Below, piece by piece: positions 52,501 to 64,000 of a stretch of 64,000 nucleotides of DNA. Every line of letters starts with the position of its first letter. Position 1 is the stretch's first letter. This DNA is from Catajapyx aquilonaris (taxonomy: Eukaryota): assembly GCA_000934665.2 (NCBI GenBank), contig KZ537957.1, forward strand, positions 62,001 through 126,000. The letters run 5' to 3'. Below the pieces are notes generated by a model. The model had not been told where the DNA came from. It ran no database searches and saw only the letters and a program-made list of their open reading frames with translations. Both the position numbers and the translations under genes were made by a program.

Positions 52501-53213
52501 ATGATAAAAAATTTAGTGTTATTAGAGTATACCAACAGAGCGTCATAGTCACATTTCCAGGTACGAGTTTATTTAGAGTCACAACGCGTGAGAGAGTCAA
52601 ATAAAAAGCAGCCATTACATTTCTCTGCACCCAAAAATAATGAAAATTCGCAAGGTTCCCAAGGGCGGTGTCATATTTTCATAACTCATTGAACCAGCAG
52701 ACTCCGCAGTTGTTGCGTGCGTACCGCCATGAAACTCCACTTTGGTCTCTTCCGCCGTTTTACCCTTCTAATTCCATCCCCATTCCTTCTCCCAGTCAAG
52801 CCAATCGATGTATTGTGGAATTTCTGTACATTTTACCAGGAAGCCACGATGGGTAGGCAACCGCCGCCGCCCAATCCGGCGCGGCGGGTGGCCAGGCAAC
52901 AGGCGGATGATCATGTATTTTTCTTCCTTCGTCCTTCAAGTGACCCTCACCTCCCTCAAATGTCGGCAATCACACCCGAGCCCATTCCTTGCCACCAAAA
53001 TCCCATTGTCTCTTCATAAGTCGTGCACTCGGCGCTATTGCCAGATCAATACGTTGGGCGTCTGGAGCTCCTCCCCTCTCCTCTCTCTCTCCTTCCCACC
53101 CCCTCCACCGGCTCTCTCTTGCCTGGCTACATAGGTCGCCCTGACTTCTACACTACTCGATCGATGTGTAAGATCCGGTACCGACAACCACCCGCCATGA
53201 CCTGTACCTTCAA

Positions 53214-53331
53214 GTTGGTCATTGCATCAACATGGAGTTGGTCAAGGCATCACATGAAAATTTGGTCAAGGCATCACACGAAAAATTGGTCATGGCATCA
53301 CACGAAAAATTGGTCATGGCATCAACATGGC
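53214..53331. repeat. Minisatellite, ~24-bp unit, 4-5 diverged copies
   Basis: Repeats of TTGGTCA(A/T)GGCATCACA(C/T)GAAAA(A/T); shows as the WSRHH/WSWHH repeat in ORF 53023..53352. Confidence 0.85.
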
Positions 53332-56300
53332 ATTGAATTTGCCTTCAAATAAGCAGTTATTAAAAATAACAGATATTAAAGTAACAAAAATTAGCTTGTT
53401 TAAGAGGATTGTTAAGAGGCATCGCCGGATTGCCTTTTGCCTTGTAACATGCCCTCGATCATCCTGGATGGCGATGAAACTCCGGTGTCTCGGGAAGTTC
53501 CGGGCCACATTTAGGTGGGTAGGTTCCCTCAAATGAGTGCATTTGTAAGGGAAAGGTTGGAAGGGGAGAAGAAGCGCAATGGCATGCAATCATTTTGGCG
53601 ACAGAAGCTGGGGTGGCTGTGGGGGGTAAAAGTCTTCCCACCCTGCACACGAAAAGGACATTTTGAGTTGGCGGAGACAAAGTCGGATCTCAAGCGGAAA
53701 TGAATTTAAGGCACTTTGGGTGGGGCAATTGAGCTATACCAGTCAAATCAGTTTCGTTGGGGTGATAAAGTACAACCAAAGCATGGAATGGTGACGATTG
53801 GGGGTATCCAACAATGTGCAGACACCGCATGTAACAAGTTACAAACGCTTTATTTGCAGTTACTGGAATAACAAGCAGCTAAATCAATAACTTCTGGCTT
53901 CCATTGTTGACTCAGGCGCCTGTATACAAAGTTAAGTCACGAAGCGTACAGCTTGTCTGCAAAATTAATGGAAGCTAAACGCATTGCACTTTCTTGCCCC
54001 ATCTCTCATGGTGTTCACTGAAATGTGGGCTCCATTGTACTCCCGGGAACCAAGGGGACGTGGTGAGGAATGGCTGACTGTGATACCTCCTGCCAGTAGC
54101 CCAAGGGCAAAGGGTTGCACTCAAGCCAACGCCTTCTCTGCAAGACTATATTTGCGAATGCAAAAGTGACCCAAACTCTGTGCGTTCTCAGAGGATTCAA
54201 CGAGTAATAAAGCCGGCTTTGATTAAATTGTTTGAGGTAGTCTTGATGTATTTAGGTAGAGAAGAAAACACCGAATTTGACTCTCAAATCAGCTCCTTTA
54301 ATCCTCCGCCTTTGAAGTGCAGCGTCCCTACAATCTCCAAAATGGATCTTTAGTGCCTCCTAAGGAGTTTCCGAAACAGGCAAAGCCCTTATGCGAGCCA
54401 TTAGTTGCAGGTGTCGCTTTTGTTCAGGGGAAAAGACCGCTCTGTTACCTACCAGAAGATCAGTCGTCTGAAACCTTTTGGGGGCGTAGGAGGAGGACAG
54501 AGAGACAAATCAATGTTCTTTCCAGAACCTCGTTCTTCACTGTCCGATGATGCTGCCTGGTAGAGTGCCTGCAGATCCCTAACCATAGAGTTGGAGATGC
54601 TGGGGAGTTGTAACTGCATCAGCGATGCCTGATTTATCAAGTCCTTTCTCAGTTACACGGGGACATCTCGGGGAATATTAATGATAACACACGTGCATTA
54701 TTCAGGGGTGTCTGGAATTAACCTGGGCTATTATGAGAGCTAGGCAGGATCGATTTTGTAATAAATCTGCTGAGGCTTGGAAGGGCCCCCGGTTGTAAAA
54801 TGTTGTGCGGAATACTCAAAAGGACATTGCGCCACTTGTGATATCTATAAACTGGGAATAAATCAATTCGAAGCAGTTATGAACATTGTATGTTGATTAG
54901 TGGTGGAGGCATGTGTTGTAACATGCGGAGGCTGTTATTTACAGCCTGGAATGTTTCACCGTCGTTTTGCTAAAAATGTGCAGCAAATATGGGAGCTACC
55001 CACGTACAGTACTTCCGACTATCCAGTTGCACGCTTCAGGAAAATAGCTCCTCATAATTACACGCAACTCTTGACATTTTGAAGGTCAGCAAAATATATT
55101 CAGCGACAGTATGGTTGAATCCACGTTTTGATAACTCCTGACATTTTCTCGTGGGAACATTCCTCCTGCTACATTGCATCATTAGGTTTTTCAGACATTC
55201 TTTGTTAATATTTCATCCTGTAGACCTTTCCAGACAACTATTTTAGTCCTGGCTGCGCCCCCGCACTTGTCAGAAATAATGAGAAATTTTCCTGAGTAGC
55301 ATAATGGGAAGTGTATGAGAGCGGTTTTGTCCCATCCGTCCATTGCAGGTCTCGAGAAAGAGAAGGCAGAGAGAGAGAATTTCAGTGTCCGGGGGTCGGT
55401 GTCGGTGGTGTGTGGTGGGTGGGTTAGCCTCGTATCCTTTGACGCCCACGAAGCCGAGGCAACTTCGTTATCATGCGCCGTGTCGTTCTTCATCTGTGGG
55501 CCTTCTCGTCTTGTTATTTATTCCGCTTCTGTCCGGCTCTTTCCCCCCCTGTTCCCGAACGTGGAGGGTAGCTAAATTGGATAACCTCACTTGTCTCTTC
55601 TGACACGCATCCGCTTTCATGAAATATCGTTGGGAAGCATACAAGAACAAGTCCGAATGTGACATAAGGGGACACTGGACTTTAAATGGCTGATATAGTC
55701 CTGAGTGATTCTTTTTTTGAAAGCTACAATATAATACTTGAAATTGGATTTTTTTGATTTGACATTATCCCCCCTTTCAACAAAAAAAAAAATCCACCGA
55801 AACCGACCTATCAGCTTTAACTTGTTAGTCCGAAACGATCGGTAGTAATTAAGTTTCCTCACGAATTAGCAGCAATTATCTTTTCCCCCCGAATAAAAAT
55901 CAAGCCGGGTCGACCGTTCCTAAAGCACCGACATTATCCTCTTTCGGCAAGAAAAAAAAGGAACGCAAAGAATCTCCACTTTAGAAATCCTAGAGTGGGA
56001 CATAATGGGACAATTTAAATTTCGTCCCCAATTGGTGGGACGATTTGGAAGCGACAGAGTCGATGCCTCGAGGGTTGGGTGGGGCCAACGGGTCCCGCAT
56101 TCTAGAATCTGGCACGCATTTCGTGTATGTTGTAAACCGAGTTTCCAGCTGGTCCCCCCCCCCCCTCACAGATTTTGCTTGTTGGCAAAAAAAGAAGTGC
56201 ATTTTCAGAGTTCTCACTGGGGAATAGGAAGAAAGGGAGAGATGCAAGGGCAGATGGGGGGAACAGTAATGGATAGTTAGTTCTGCTGCCCGCTTGCTCC

Positions 56301-56417
56301 ATTTGGGGATCCAAACCAACGCCTCGGAAATAAGAGAGAGCTCTCTGGGCACGGGGATTCAATTGGGAAAATATTTTCAGGGTGTACGAACACGTGGAAT
56401 ATATAGAACTCTAGAAA

Positions 56418-56721
56418 GAACGACCAAGGTCGGTCGCCTCCGATTTTGTTGAAACTTGCTTGAGGGGTCACTCATGTGCGATAGACACAATGGTGAAAAT
56501 CCTAGAGGCCACTGTCCGTCCGTTTCCGAGATATGAGCGACAGAAACACCCGAATTTTGTCGCTTTCCGGTACGCGCGGTCAAAATTCGGATTTGTTTGT
56601 GCTCGTATCTCGGAAAGGGCTGGACAGTGCCATCTAGGACTTTCACCACTGTGTCTATCGCACATGAGTGACCCCTCAAGCGAGTTTCAACCAAATCGGA
56701 GGCGACCTACCTTGGTCGTTC
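56418..56721. mobile_element. MITE-like foldback element (~141-bp arms)
   Basis: 56418-56559 and 56581-56721 are diverged reverse complements (GAACGACCAAGGT...ACCTTGGTCGTTC); mirror ORFs on the two strands share RGHSCAIDT and PLCLSHMSDPSS. Confidence 0.8.
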
Positions 56722-59556
56722 CCTTGTGAGTCAGTGCACACGCATGCGACTTTCACCCTTACTAGTTTTGCAGATATGGTGTTTCTCCTTATGACGGCTC
56801 GCTATCCATCTCGGTAATGAACTCCAGGTCACGTGAACCTCATTTCTCATCAGCAAGAGTGCAGTGTGACTGTGTGAGCGACAAGTTCTGTCCCACCCGG
56901 CGACAATTGAAGAATTTCCCACCAGCACCAGCCTGTTGCTATTTGCTCTTTTTCAATCCCCGGTCTTCGCCCTCTTCAGGAACTGTTCAGGAATAGCACA
57001 TAGTCGCATTCTTGACCGTACTATCGATTGCTAGGGTGGGGCTAGCCTTATTCGCTTATGTATAAAAAAAAGGCGGAATATTCCTGAAATTCGCCAGAAA
57101 TTTCGCCCATCTCCAGAAATGGAATTGCGCTCTAACCTGGTTTTAGGATTGGGCCACCGACCTTCTCCAAATTAGTTTAATGTGTTTGAGCAGAGTATGG
57201 GTGGAGCAAGTTGGATCAAACTTTTGCAAGATTACCACAGAAGTCATGTTCGGTTCCGGCACGTTTGAGATTGGTCAACTGGTGGCAACTAGGTTGACCT
57301 CCCCTTCAAAAAAAAAAAATTGGTGAAATTTCAAAAGCAAAAGCAAATGGGTGATGTAATGCCATACTTTTTCAGAGATCAATACTGGAATTTCCCAAGG
57401 CACGCTATCCTGTGGAGGGAGCGAGGATCGTTCGGTTAGTTCAGCACTGGATCAATGAACACGGTTTCTGTTGATTAGAAAATCCCAGAGTTTTATCGGG
57501 TCAACAGCAAGGGACCCCCCCCCCCTCTTTTTATAAGTCTCTACTTGAGAAGGTTGATATAAAACATGATTTGTAATAGGTGGCAGTGCCCATATTTAGA
57601 TCCGGATTCTGTCTGGAAGCTAGGTCATATCTCACTGTAACATGTCTGAATTCGAAGGGATTTTGATACATAAGGTCAATAATGGTAGGAGGATGGCACT
57701 AGCTAAAAGGAAGTCTTAAGCAGTAGATTTGGCACACCTCAGAGTCTCATAACCGTCTTTCATCTGGAGACCGTCAAGGCCAGGATTATTTCCGGGTCTT
57801 TTGCGTTCTGCAGTGCAATTGCGTGCCTGGTCTGGTAATAATGTTGAAGCCCTTTTTTTGACTAGAAGGAAGTGAGGGTATTGTGACTAGTTTTTGCACC
57901 AATTGAGTTGTGCTTAAATTTTGGCATTGCCATCTGAAATAAATTTTCAGGCAAAATATACCCTGTTAATTTTCCAGCCAAGTAATATGACTATTGTGTA
58001 TTGGACAGGTATTAAGCACATGCAGAAATGGGTCGTGCTAATGGCAAAATGTATGGTGGGCTTTCTTTACACATGGTATTAAAACGAGGCATTTCATCAT
58101 ATGAAACGGGCGGGTGTTATCTCAAAAACAGTCATTTGCAATGTGGCTGTTCAGCTTCAGTTGCGTTTCTGCGCGTATTTGGCGGATAGCACAGCTGCAT
58201 GGAAATGAAACCTCGAATTAATTGCCGAAATCGTACCGGATTACAAATTACGAGTCAGCTCCATTGTGTACAAAAGAAAACCTCCTAGGACTGTAATTCA
58301 AACGGTCCTTTCAGCGACTATACAGTTTGTCATTTTTAAATATTATCAGATGAACGTTATGCATTGCCCATTTTACCCCCATGGTGACAAATGTGCAGCG
58401 GATTTTTGCCACAGCGAGTGTCTAGCTATAATGGCCAATCGGAAGTGATAAATGTTCCGGCTTCCATAATTATATGAAGCCCAGGCATTGACTCCGGCGC
58501 CACCTTTTGTGAAAAATTAGGGAGCCAGAAAAGTCGTCGACCGTTAAAAAGGTTGATGCTGGTATAGCATTCGATATCGGCACATTAAAAGCGTGGCATG
58601 AGAGCGAGAGTATTTAGGGAACATTTTTTTTTGTACGTGGCGTAAATTGCGTCATGTTTGGTCCACATAGGCTGGCACACTCTTCTCTTTGCATTTCCGT
58701 GTTCAATATTTACCGCAGAATTTGCCACTCCGAGGTATAAGCTTACGATTCATCGTCATTTCCATCTGTTTGTTAGTTTGGCCAATTTGGTGTGGGTTGG
58801 GCCTGTGTGTTTGGTTTGGTAATCAAAATTTATTTTCATCATTTCCGTCTGGTTGTTTGGAACCCCCGATATTTTCGACGAGCTAAAGCCTTAATTCACA
58901 GAGCGATGTAAATCGGAATACTGTAGTGGCACAGTTCGACATGTACTGCGAGAGTTTGAATATTTTACGGGCTTTATACGGTAGGTATGTTAGCATACAA
59001 TTTGTAAATGCGGATTAAACCAACCGTAAAGAAGCATAATGTATCAGTGATGTCAATCTCATTAACTATTTAATCACTAATGGCCTTACACCGCCTTAGT
59101 ATCGCTTAACAAGCTGTTAATAAATTACTTGTGCATTTACAGGGTGTTCCAAATTTCTGTCTTGAAATGCGGCTTGTTAGTTCAAAAAAAATTGTACAAA
59201 CTATGATCCTTTTCAGAAAATATTATGCCTCCTAGGGCTAAGCTATAAGCGGATCATTCCTGCTTGCTCATGCATATACTGGTAATGTTTGTTTTCATCT
59301 ACGAAGGGAGCATGCCCTGCAAGTAGGTCGTCAAAAAATAGCCTTGTTATTGAAATCATGCAAAATATAGGACCATCCACTATAGTCCAAACTGCCACGT
59401 TGATTTGGTTATACTTAAGAGTACAGGCCACCCAGACAATTTTGTACGCCCTACGCGATGCTAAATTCCGGCATGCGGGTGCGTAGGGTGAATTATTCAT
59501 AAAAATATGCGCATTAATCATTCCCATCCCCGAAAAAAAAATCCTTCTTACATATA

Positions 59557-59573
59557 GGCCGCCATCTAGTGCA
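59557..59573 (-). promoter_or_regulatory. CTCF-like motif
   Basis: Minus strand reads TGCACTAGATGGCGGCC. Confidence 0.4.
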
Positions 59574-60230
59574 CCTGTAGACCCGTCGTACCGTCTATAT
59601 GCATGGAACGTCGGAATTTTTGCATTGGAAGCACGAACATAGGAGTTGGAAGAGAGGAAGGCAACGCAGGCGAAATGGCATCACCCTGTAGGATGCTGCG
59701 GATGCAATATTACCAGCAACTTTACGTATGGAGTGAAATAGTAATGCAAGTGCTTCTCCACAGGTGGTGTGCGCCAGTATATGCGACATATAAGTTCACT
59801 GTACCCCGGTACGTCGTTTGTCCTCTGTGCTGCGCAAAATCTGATGGAATTCTTTTTGTCATGGAGAATGACGTCATTCGCCGGTACTGGAGCGCGACCT
59901 TTACACTGTGAGCGGCATGCTTTAAAAACTGCATGGATTTTTTTTTTTTGAAAAAAAAAAAAAAAAACTTCATGGGGATTCGCTCGGAATAACACACTTC
60001 ATGTTTAATCCAGTCTCTTCGTACTGGGGGTGACAAGTATTTTTTCCGCCATCACGCTCCTGAAATAGCTTAGCGGTTCAATCGATTGTGAAGTGGGCTT
60101 TTTAGACAGCAGCATCTGCACCGCTGGTCTCGGGATGTGCCAACTCTATGACATGTAATTAACTTACAGTTATGACTCATCTTGGAGTTTGATTGGCGTA
60201 TTAGGCATATGAGGGCTGATAGATTTGTGT

Positions 60231-60502
60231 ACTCCATGATGGAGAGAACACTCATATGGAGACTCCAAGCTGGAGAACCTCCTCATATTCTGGAGACTCC
60301 ATGATGGAGAACACCATATGGAGAACACCCCATATGGAGACTCCATGATGGAGAACCTCCTCATATTCTGGAGACTCCATGATGGAGAACACCATATGGA
60401 GAACACCCCATATGGAGACTCCATGATGGAGAACCTCCTCATATTCTGGAGACTCCATGATGGAGAACACCATATGGAGAACACCCCATATGGAGACTCC
60501 AT
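60231..60502. repeat. Tandem repeat, 78-bp unit, ~3.2 copies, with TGGAGA-containing subrepeats
   Basis: Units start at 60253, 60331, 60409 and 60487 (partial); near-identical copies; gives 26-aa periodic ORFs in several frames. Confidence 0.95.
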
Positions 60503-62245
60503 AACATTTGTTTCGCTTGAATTGCTTGAGAAATCTGACAGAAATTCTCAAGAGTATGCATCCGCATAATGTTGCCATGTAAACCTGATTATGAGTTTTA
60601 GCTACCTGTATAGTCCGAAATGAGATTACCACGAGCGCCCTATATTAGATTACTACTAAATATAGGAGTCGCCGGCCCTGTTTTTTTTGTAGGAGTTGCC
60701 CATACGCACAGTGTAACGGCATGTGTAAAAGCAAAGCTGGTCATCTCATTAGCATTGCTTGCACTGATTCCACTTTAATTAACGGCTTGTGACTTGGGGC
60801 TTTCTTGAGCACCAGAAGCGTTCTAAAATTTATGCAGATAGCACTTGAGGATGCAAGGGTCGAAGGCAACAGAGACCAATAGCTCTTTTGGGCTAAGATG
60901 CCCTGCCTCCGCACCCATTTTCTTTATTTATGACTCGATCATGCTGAATAACGTTCGTGGATGGAATGCCTATAATTAGGTGTATTAAGGTGAAGACGGT
61001 ATTGGTGCCGCGCAGTTGTTTGGGAAGGGGAGAGAAGGAAGCCGCACTTTTTGCCCTAGGGTTTTACGAGTTTTCTGCAGCCCAAAGCCTCTGTAATTAG
61101 AGCCAGTGGAGTTATGCCTACGCCGATTCTCTAGAGGTAATGAGGGTTTAAGGAGGGAGGGACAAACTCTAGGAGAAAGTTCGCCACCTCCCAAAGAAAA
61201 TAGCCTTTTCCGGATGAACCTCCAAGAAGAACTGGAGGATAGTCGACTATTTACCACTTCACATGTACTCCGGATATGCATGTTGACACGAACCGAGCCC
61301 ATTTAAAGTCGATACAATAATATCTAACCCATGTTGTCCTCATACATCTGCGAGATTTACGACTCCAGAGCAACAGGTAACAAAAAAGACGCTCGCCATT
61401 TCCGATTTTAGCAAATATCGACACATTTTGTGTGTAGCCTATACTTCCACACAACAGTGGGTCGAATAAAAGTTTGGGGGGAGGTCCTAAAGCACTTTTT
61501 TTCTTTCTTGGTCGAAATGCAACATCATCACTGTCATTCCCATCTGATTGACGATGCGCTTATTCAAAAGGAAGGTCGGTCGTGCAGGCGGCGTTTGAAA
61601 GCTACTGTCATTCTCGAAGCCTAGACTACTAACTCTTCAAAGAGGTCTAAGAGGCTGTTGGGGAGTATGAAATTTTTAGATGGAGTGCGGAGGACCCAGG
61701 ACCAAAACTCGGGCCTAAGTGAATGAGGAGGAGGATGGGGGTAAAGCCAGGACGGCTTTGTGAGCTGCTTTAACTTTATATCACGGAGAAAACTGCGTAT
61801 GTTCTTCGGTGTCGTTACTTTAAACTAGGACTCGTTGCGGAGCGGCGGATGGGGACAGTAGAAGTAATAGAGTGCTATGCAAGCACATTGTTTGGAGGCT
61901 ATGGGTCTACAGGTGAGATGCGGTTATTGAATGATTGGATGAGAGTGATACATTTGACAAAGTATATAGCCATATTGAGCCGGTGCGAATTGTATTACGT
62001 AACGCTTCTTCAGCATTGACGACATTGCATGCCTAGAAGCCGCAAAAGTTTTAGTGACTGTTAATCCTCATTTGGCTATAGGAAATTACACTTCACAGAA
62101 GCATGAAGCCACAAACCACCAATGTGCATACGTGACACTTGCTGATCAATCATCAATTAAACTACTACTGACAAGGCCTATTTATAGAACCAAAAAAGCA
62201 AAGCGCAGTTTTGTGTGGCATTACATGAAAATAAAAATGCATTAC

Positions 62246-62256
62246 CTTGGAGCCAT
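62246..62256 (-). CDS. Possible start-codon exon of the long SCHIP1 isoform
   Basis: GAGATGGCTCCAAG|GTAATG at the end of a GC-rich ~300-bp block. ATG GCT CCA AG is phase 2 and would join the 40546 acceptor to give MAPSIPWSNN. Requires a 21.7-kb intron; speculative. Confidence 0.35.
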
Positions 62257-63723
62257 CTCATGGCGCCTTCCTGGTTGACCCCCCCACCCCGCATGACACG
62301 CAGACCCCCCCTTTGGCCCAAGGTCACTCCCAAGCGCACTGTCCCCCGACCTGTCCCGAGGTCAAGGTCGTAACCTGGCACGTCAGGCCTCCTGTTGTGA
62401 CCAGTCCCAGGTCGGAAAGCAACGAGTCCATGCAGACGGCACAGACGGCCCGGAGCCAGCACCACTTTTGGGTTTCTGGGCCCCAGAAGCGGAGCTTACT
62501 GCGCCAACGTAGAAACGTGACGACCAGGCATGACTGATCGATAGTCTTTTGCCACCCCCCTCTCTCCCATCCTCGACCTTCTCTACCCCTACCCTTCCAT
62601 GGCCTGCTATCCATATACACACCGATCTCATCCTGGGATATACATTACATTGTATTTGAATAGCGTTTGATATACACAAGCCAATATTGTGACCGTACAT
62701 TACATGCAGCGGTGAATATGTAATTTTATGGTAGCTGTTTTTGAATTCGTTTGTATATGACGGACACTTGCTGATTAACAACCTCTGAGTGCGTGATTAC
62801 GTCATAACAATTTAATGAATATGCCCCGAAATGTATTTACCTCGATATCATGCCCTGAAGCCTTAATTACGTGCCGTTATTAATATTAATAACTACATCC
62901 TGCTTACTTTGCATGTAATATTCCAAAAACAATTTATTACACTCCTGTAAATCACAGCTCAAAATAAGTATCATATGCCAGGCTTATAACCTCCATCCGC
63001 ACCTTAAAAGCTCGAAATACAAACACCTTGAAGAAGCGCTTTTTAGTGTCGGCCGGATTCAAGGGGGAAAAAAAGAACCTTTTCAGTAAAGGTCTCGTAA
63101 GAATGAGAAAGATTCATCTCCTTCCTCTTTTCGCGGGATTTGAGCCCTTGCTAAGCTGAGAGGTGTCTCCACCAAATTGCCGACTGAGTCCCCCAGGATT
63201 ATTGAAGTGCGTGGCTGGGAGAAGCTTTGGCACCACTGACACACTCACGCGCATTGATTGCACCCATATCTTTCATTAGGTTAACTGCTAAAATTTCGGA
63301 CTCACCCGATGTGCGGGCCTACCAGACGAGCACCACATACCCGTATGAAAGACATCCGGGATCCAATTACGTCGGCCTGCGAGTCAGGTTTTCCCCATTG
63401 ACGTGTGTCAGACATCTCGTTTTGTGGCAAACTATACGAGGTTGAGCCGACCGATTGTGGCAGCGGGCACCGCAGCTCTTTTTAACCAATCAATAGCCGC
63501 CGCCCGGGATCAAACCGGTTGTCAAATATTGAAGAAATAAGATGTTGAGTATGGAGGTACAAATACTGGCGGCTATAGGTTCAATACTCGTACTTGTAAA
63601 AAATTTTGACAGAAAATGGATCAGCAGAATTATATTTTGCCCCTGCAGGGTATACTACAAATTGGACAAGGGTGCGGTTGCCTCCAACCCAGGATGACCC
63701 ACTGTCACTGTTCTAATACAGTA

Positions 63724-63835
63724 TACCTTGAACACAATTATATTGTACCTTGAACGCAATTATATTGTACCTTGAACACAATTATATTGTACCTTGAACA
63801 CAATAATTATATTGCACCTTGAACACAATAATATT
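63724..63835. repeat. Minisatellite, 22-bp unit, 5 copies
   Basis: TACCTTGAACACAATTATATTG repeated with minor variants. Confidence 0.92.
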
Positions 63836-64000
63836 TGAGGAAAGAGGGCAGGAAAATGAATAGGTGACATTTTTTAAAAAAATATAGTAATGGCCTAAAA
63901 ATAAATAATTACCATTATTGGCTAGTCCTACGATTACCAAAATAGGTATGAAAGGAAGTTGGTTGCGTGGCTCCGGCTTTGGGGGAACTAATTGATCGTA

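Noticed and set aside
60231..60502. Possible CRISPR array or repeat protein
   Set aside because: No unique spacers, no cas genes, eukaryotic context; the ORFs come from the 78-bp periodicity.
63724..63835. Possible CRISPR repeats (also 53214-53331)
   Set aside because: Units are head-to-tail with no spacers: ordinary minisatellites.
1..64000. Prokaryotic operon, defence system, rRNA or tRNA
   Set aside because: Low coding density, spliceosomal introns and animal gene families; no rRNA or tRNA-like structure recognised by eye.

Overview
This is eukaryotic genomic DNA with spliceosomal GT-AG introns, from a draft assembly (one 82-N gap, several single Ns in G-runs). It is most likely an invertebrate, probably an arthropod, judged from protein motifs and a TCAGTT initiator. 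Three protein-coding genes can be assembled by hand from splice sites and reading phase. (1) A SCHIP1 (schwannomin-interacting protein 1) homologue lies on the minus strand. It has a six-exon conserved core (23988->21180), upstream exons at 33995, 37083 and 40546, a possible start exon at 62256, and three further candidate alternative first exons that all end in a phase-0 donor compatible with the same core exon. (2) A ninjurin with two coding exons lies on the plus strand (17104-18201), convergent with SCHIP1. (3) The first coding exon of a PRKX/Pka-C3-like kinase lies on the minus strand (15250->15112), divergent from ninjurin; I could not find its remaining exons, so they probably lie left of the window. 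The rest is intronic or intergenic DNA with several MITE-like inverted repeats, a perfect 55-bp-arm hairpin, minisatellites and CTCF-like motifs. I see no CRISPR array, rRNA, tRNA, operon or intact transposase. The most interesting signal is the multi-promoter SCHIP1 isoform architecture. All gene models are manual and lack transcript or database confirmation.
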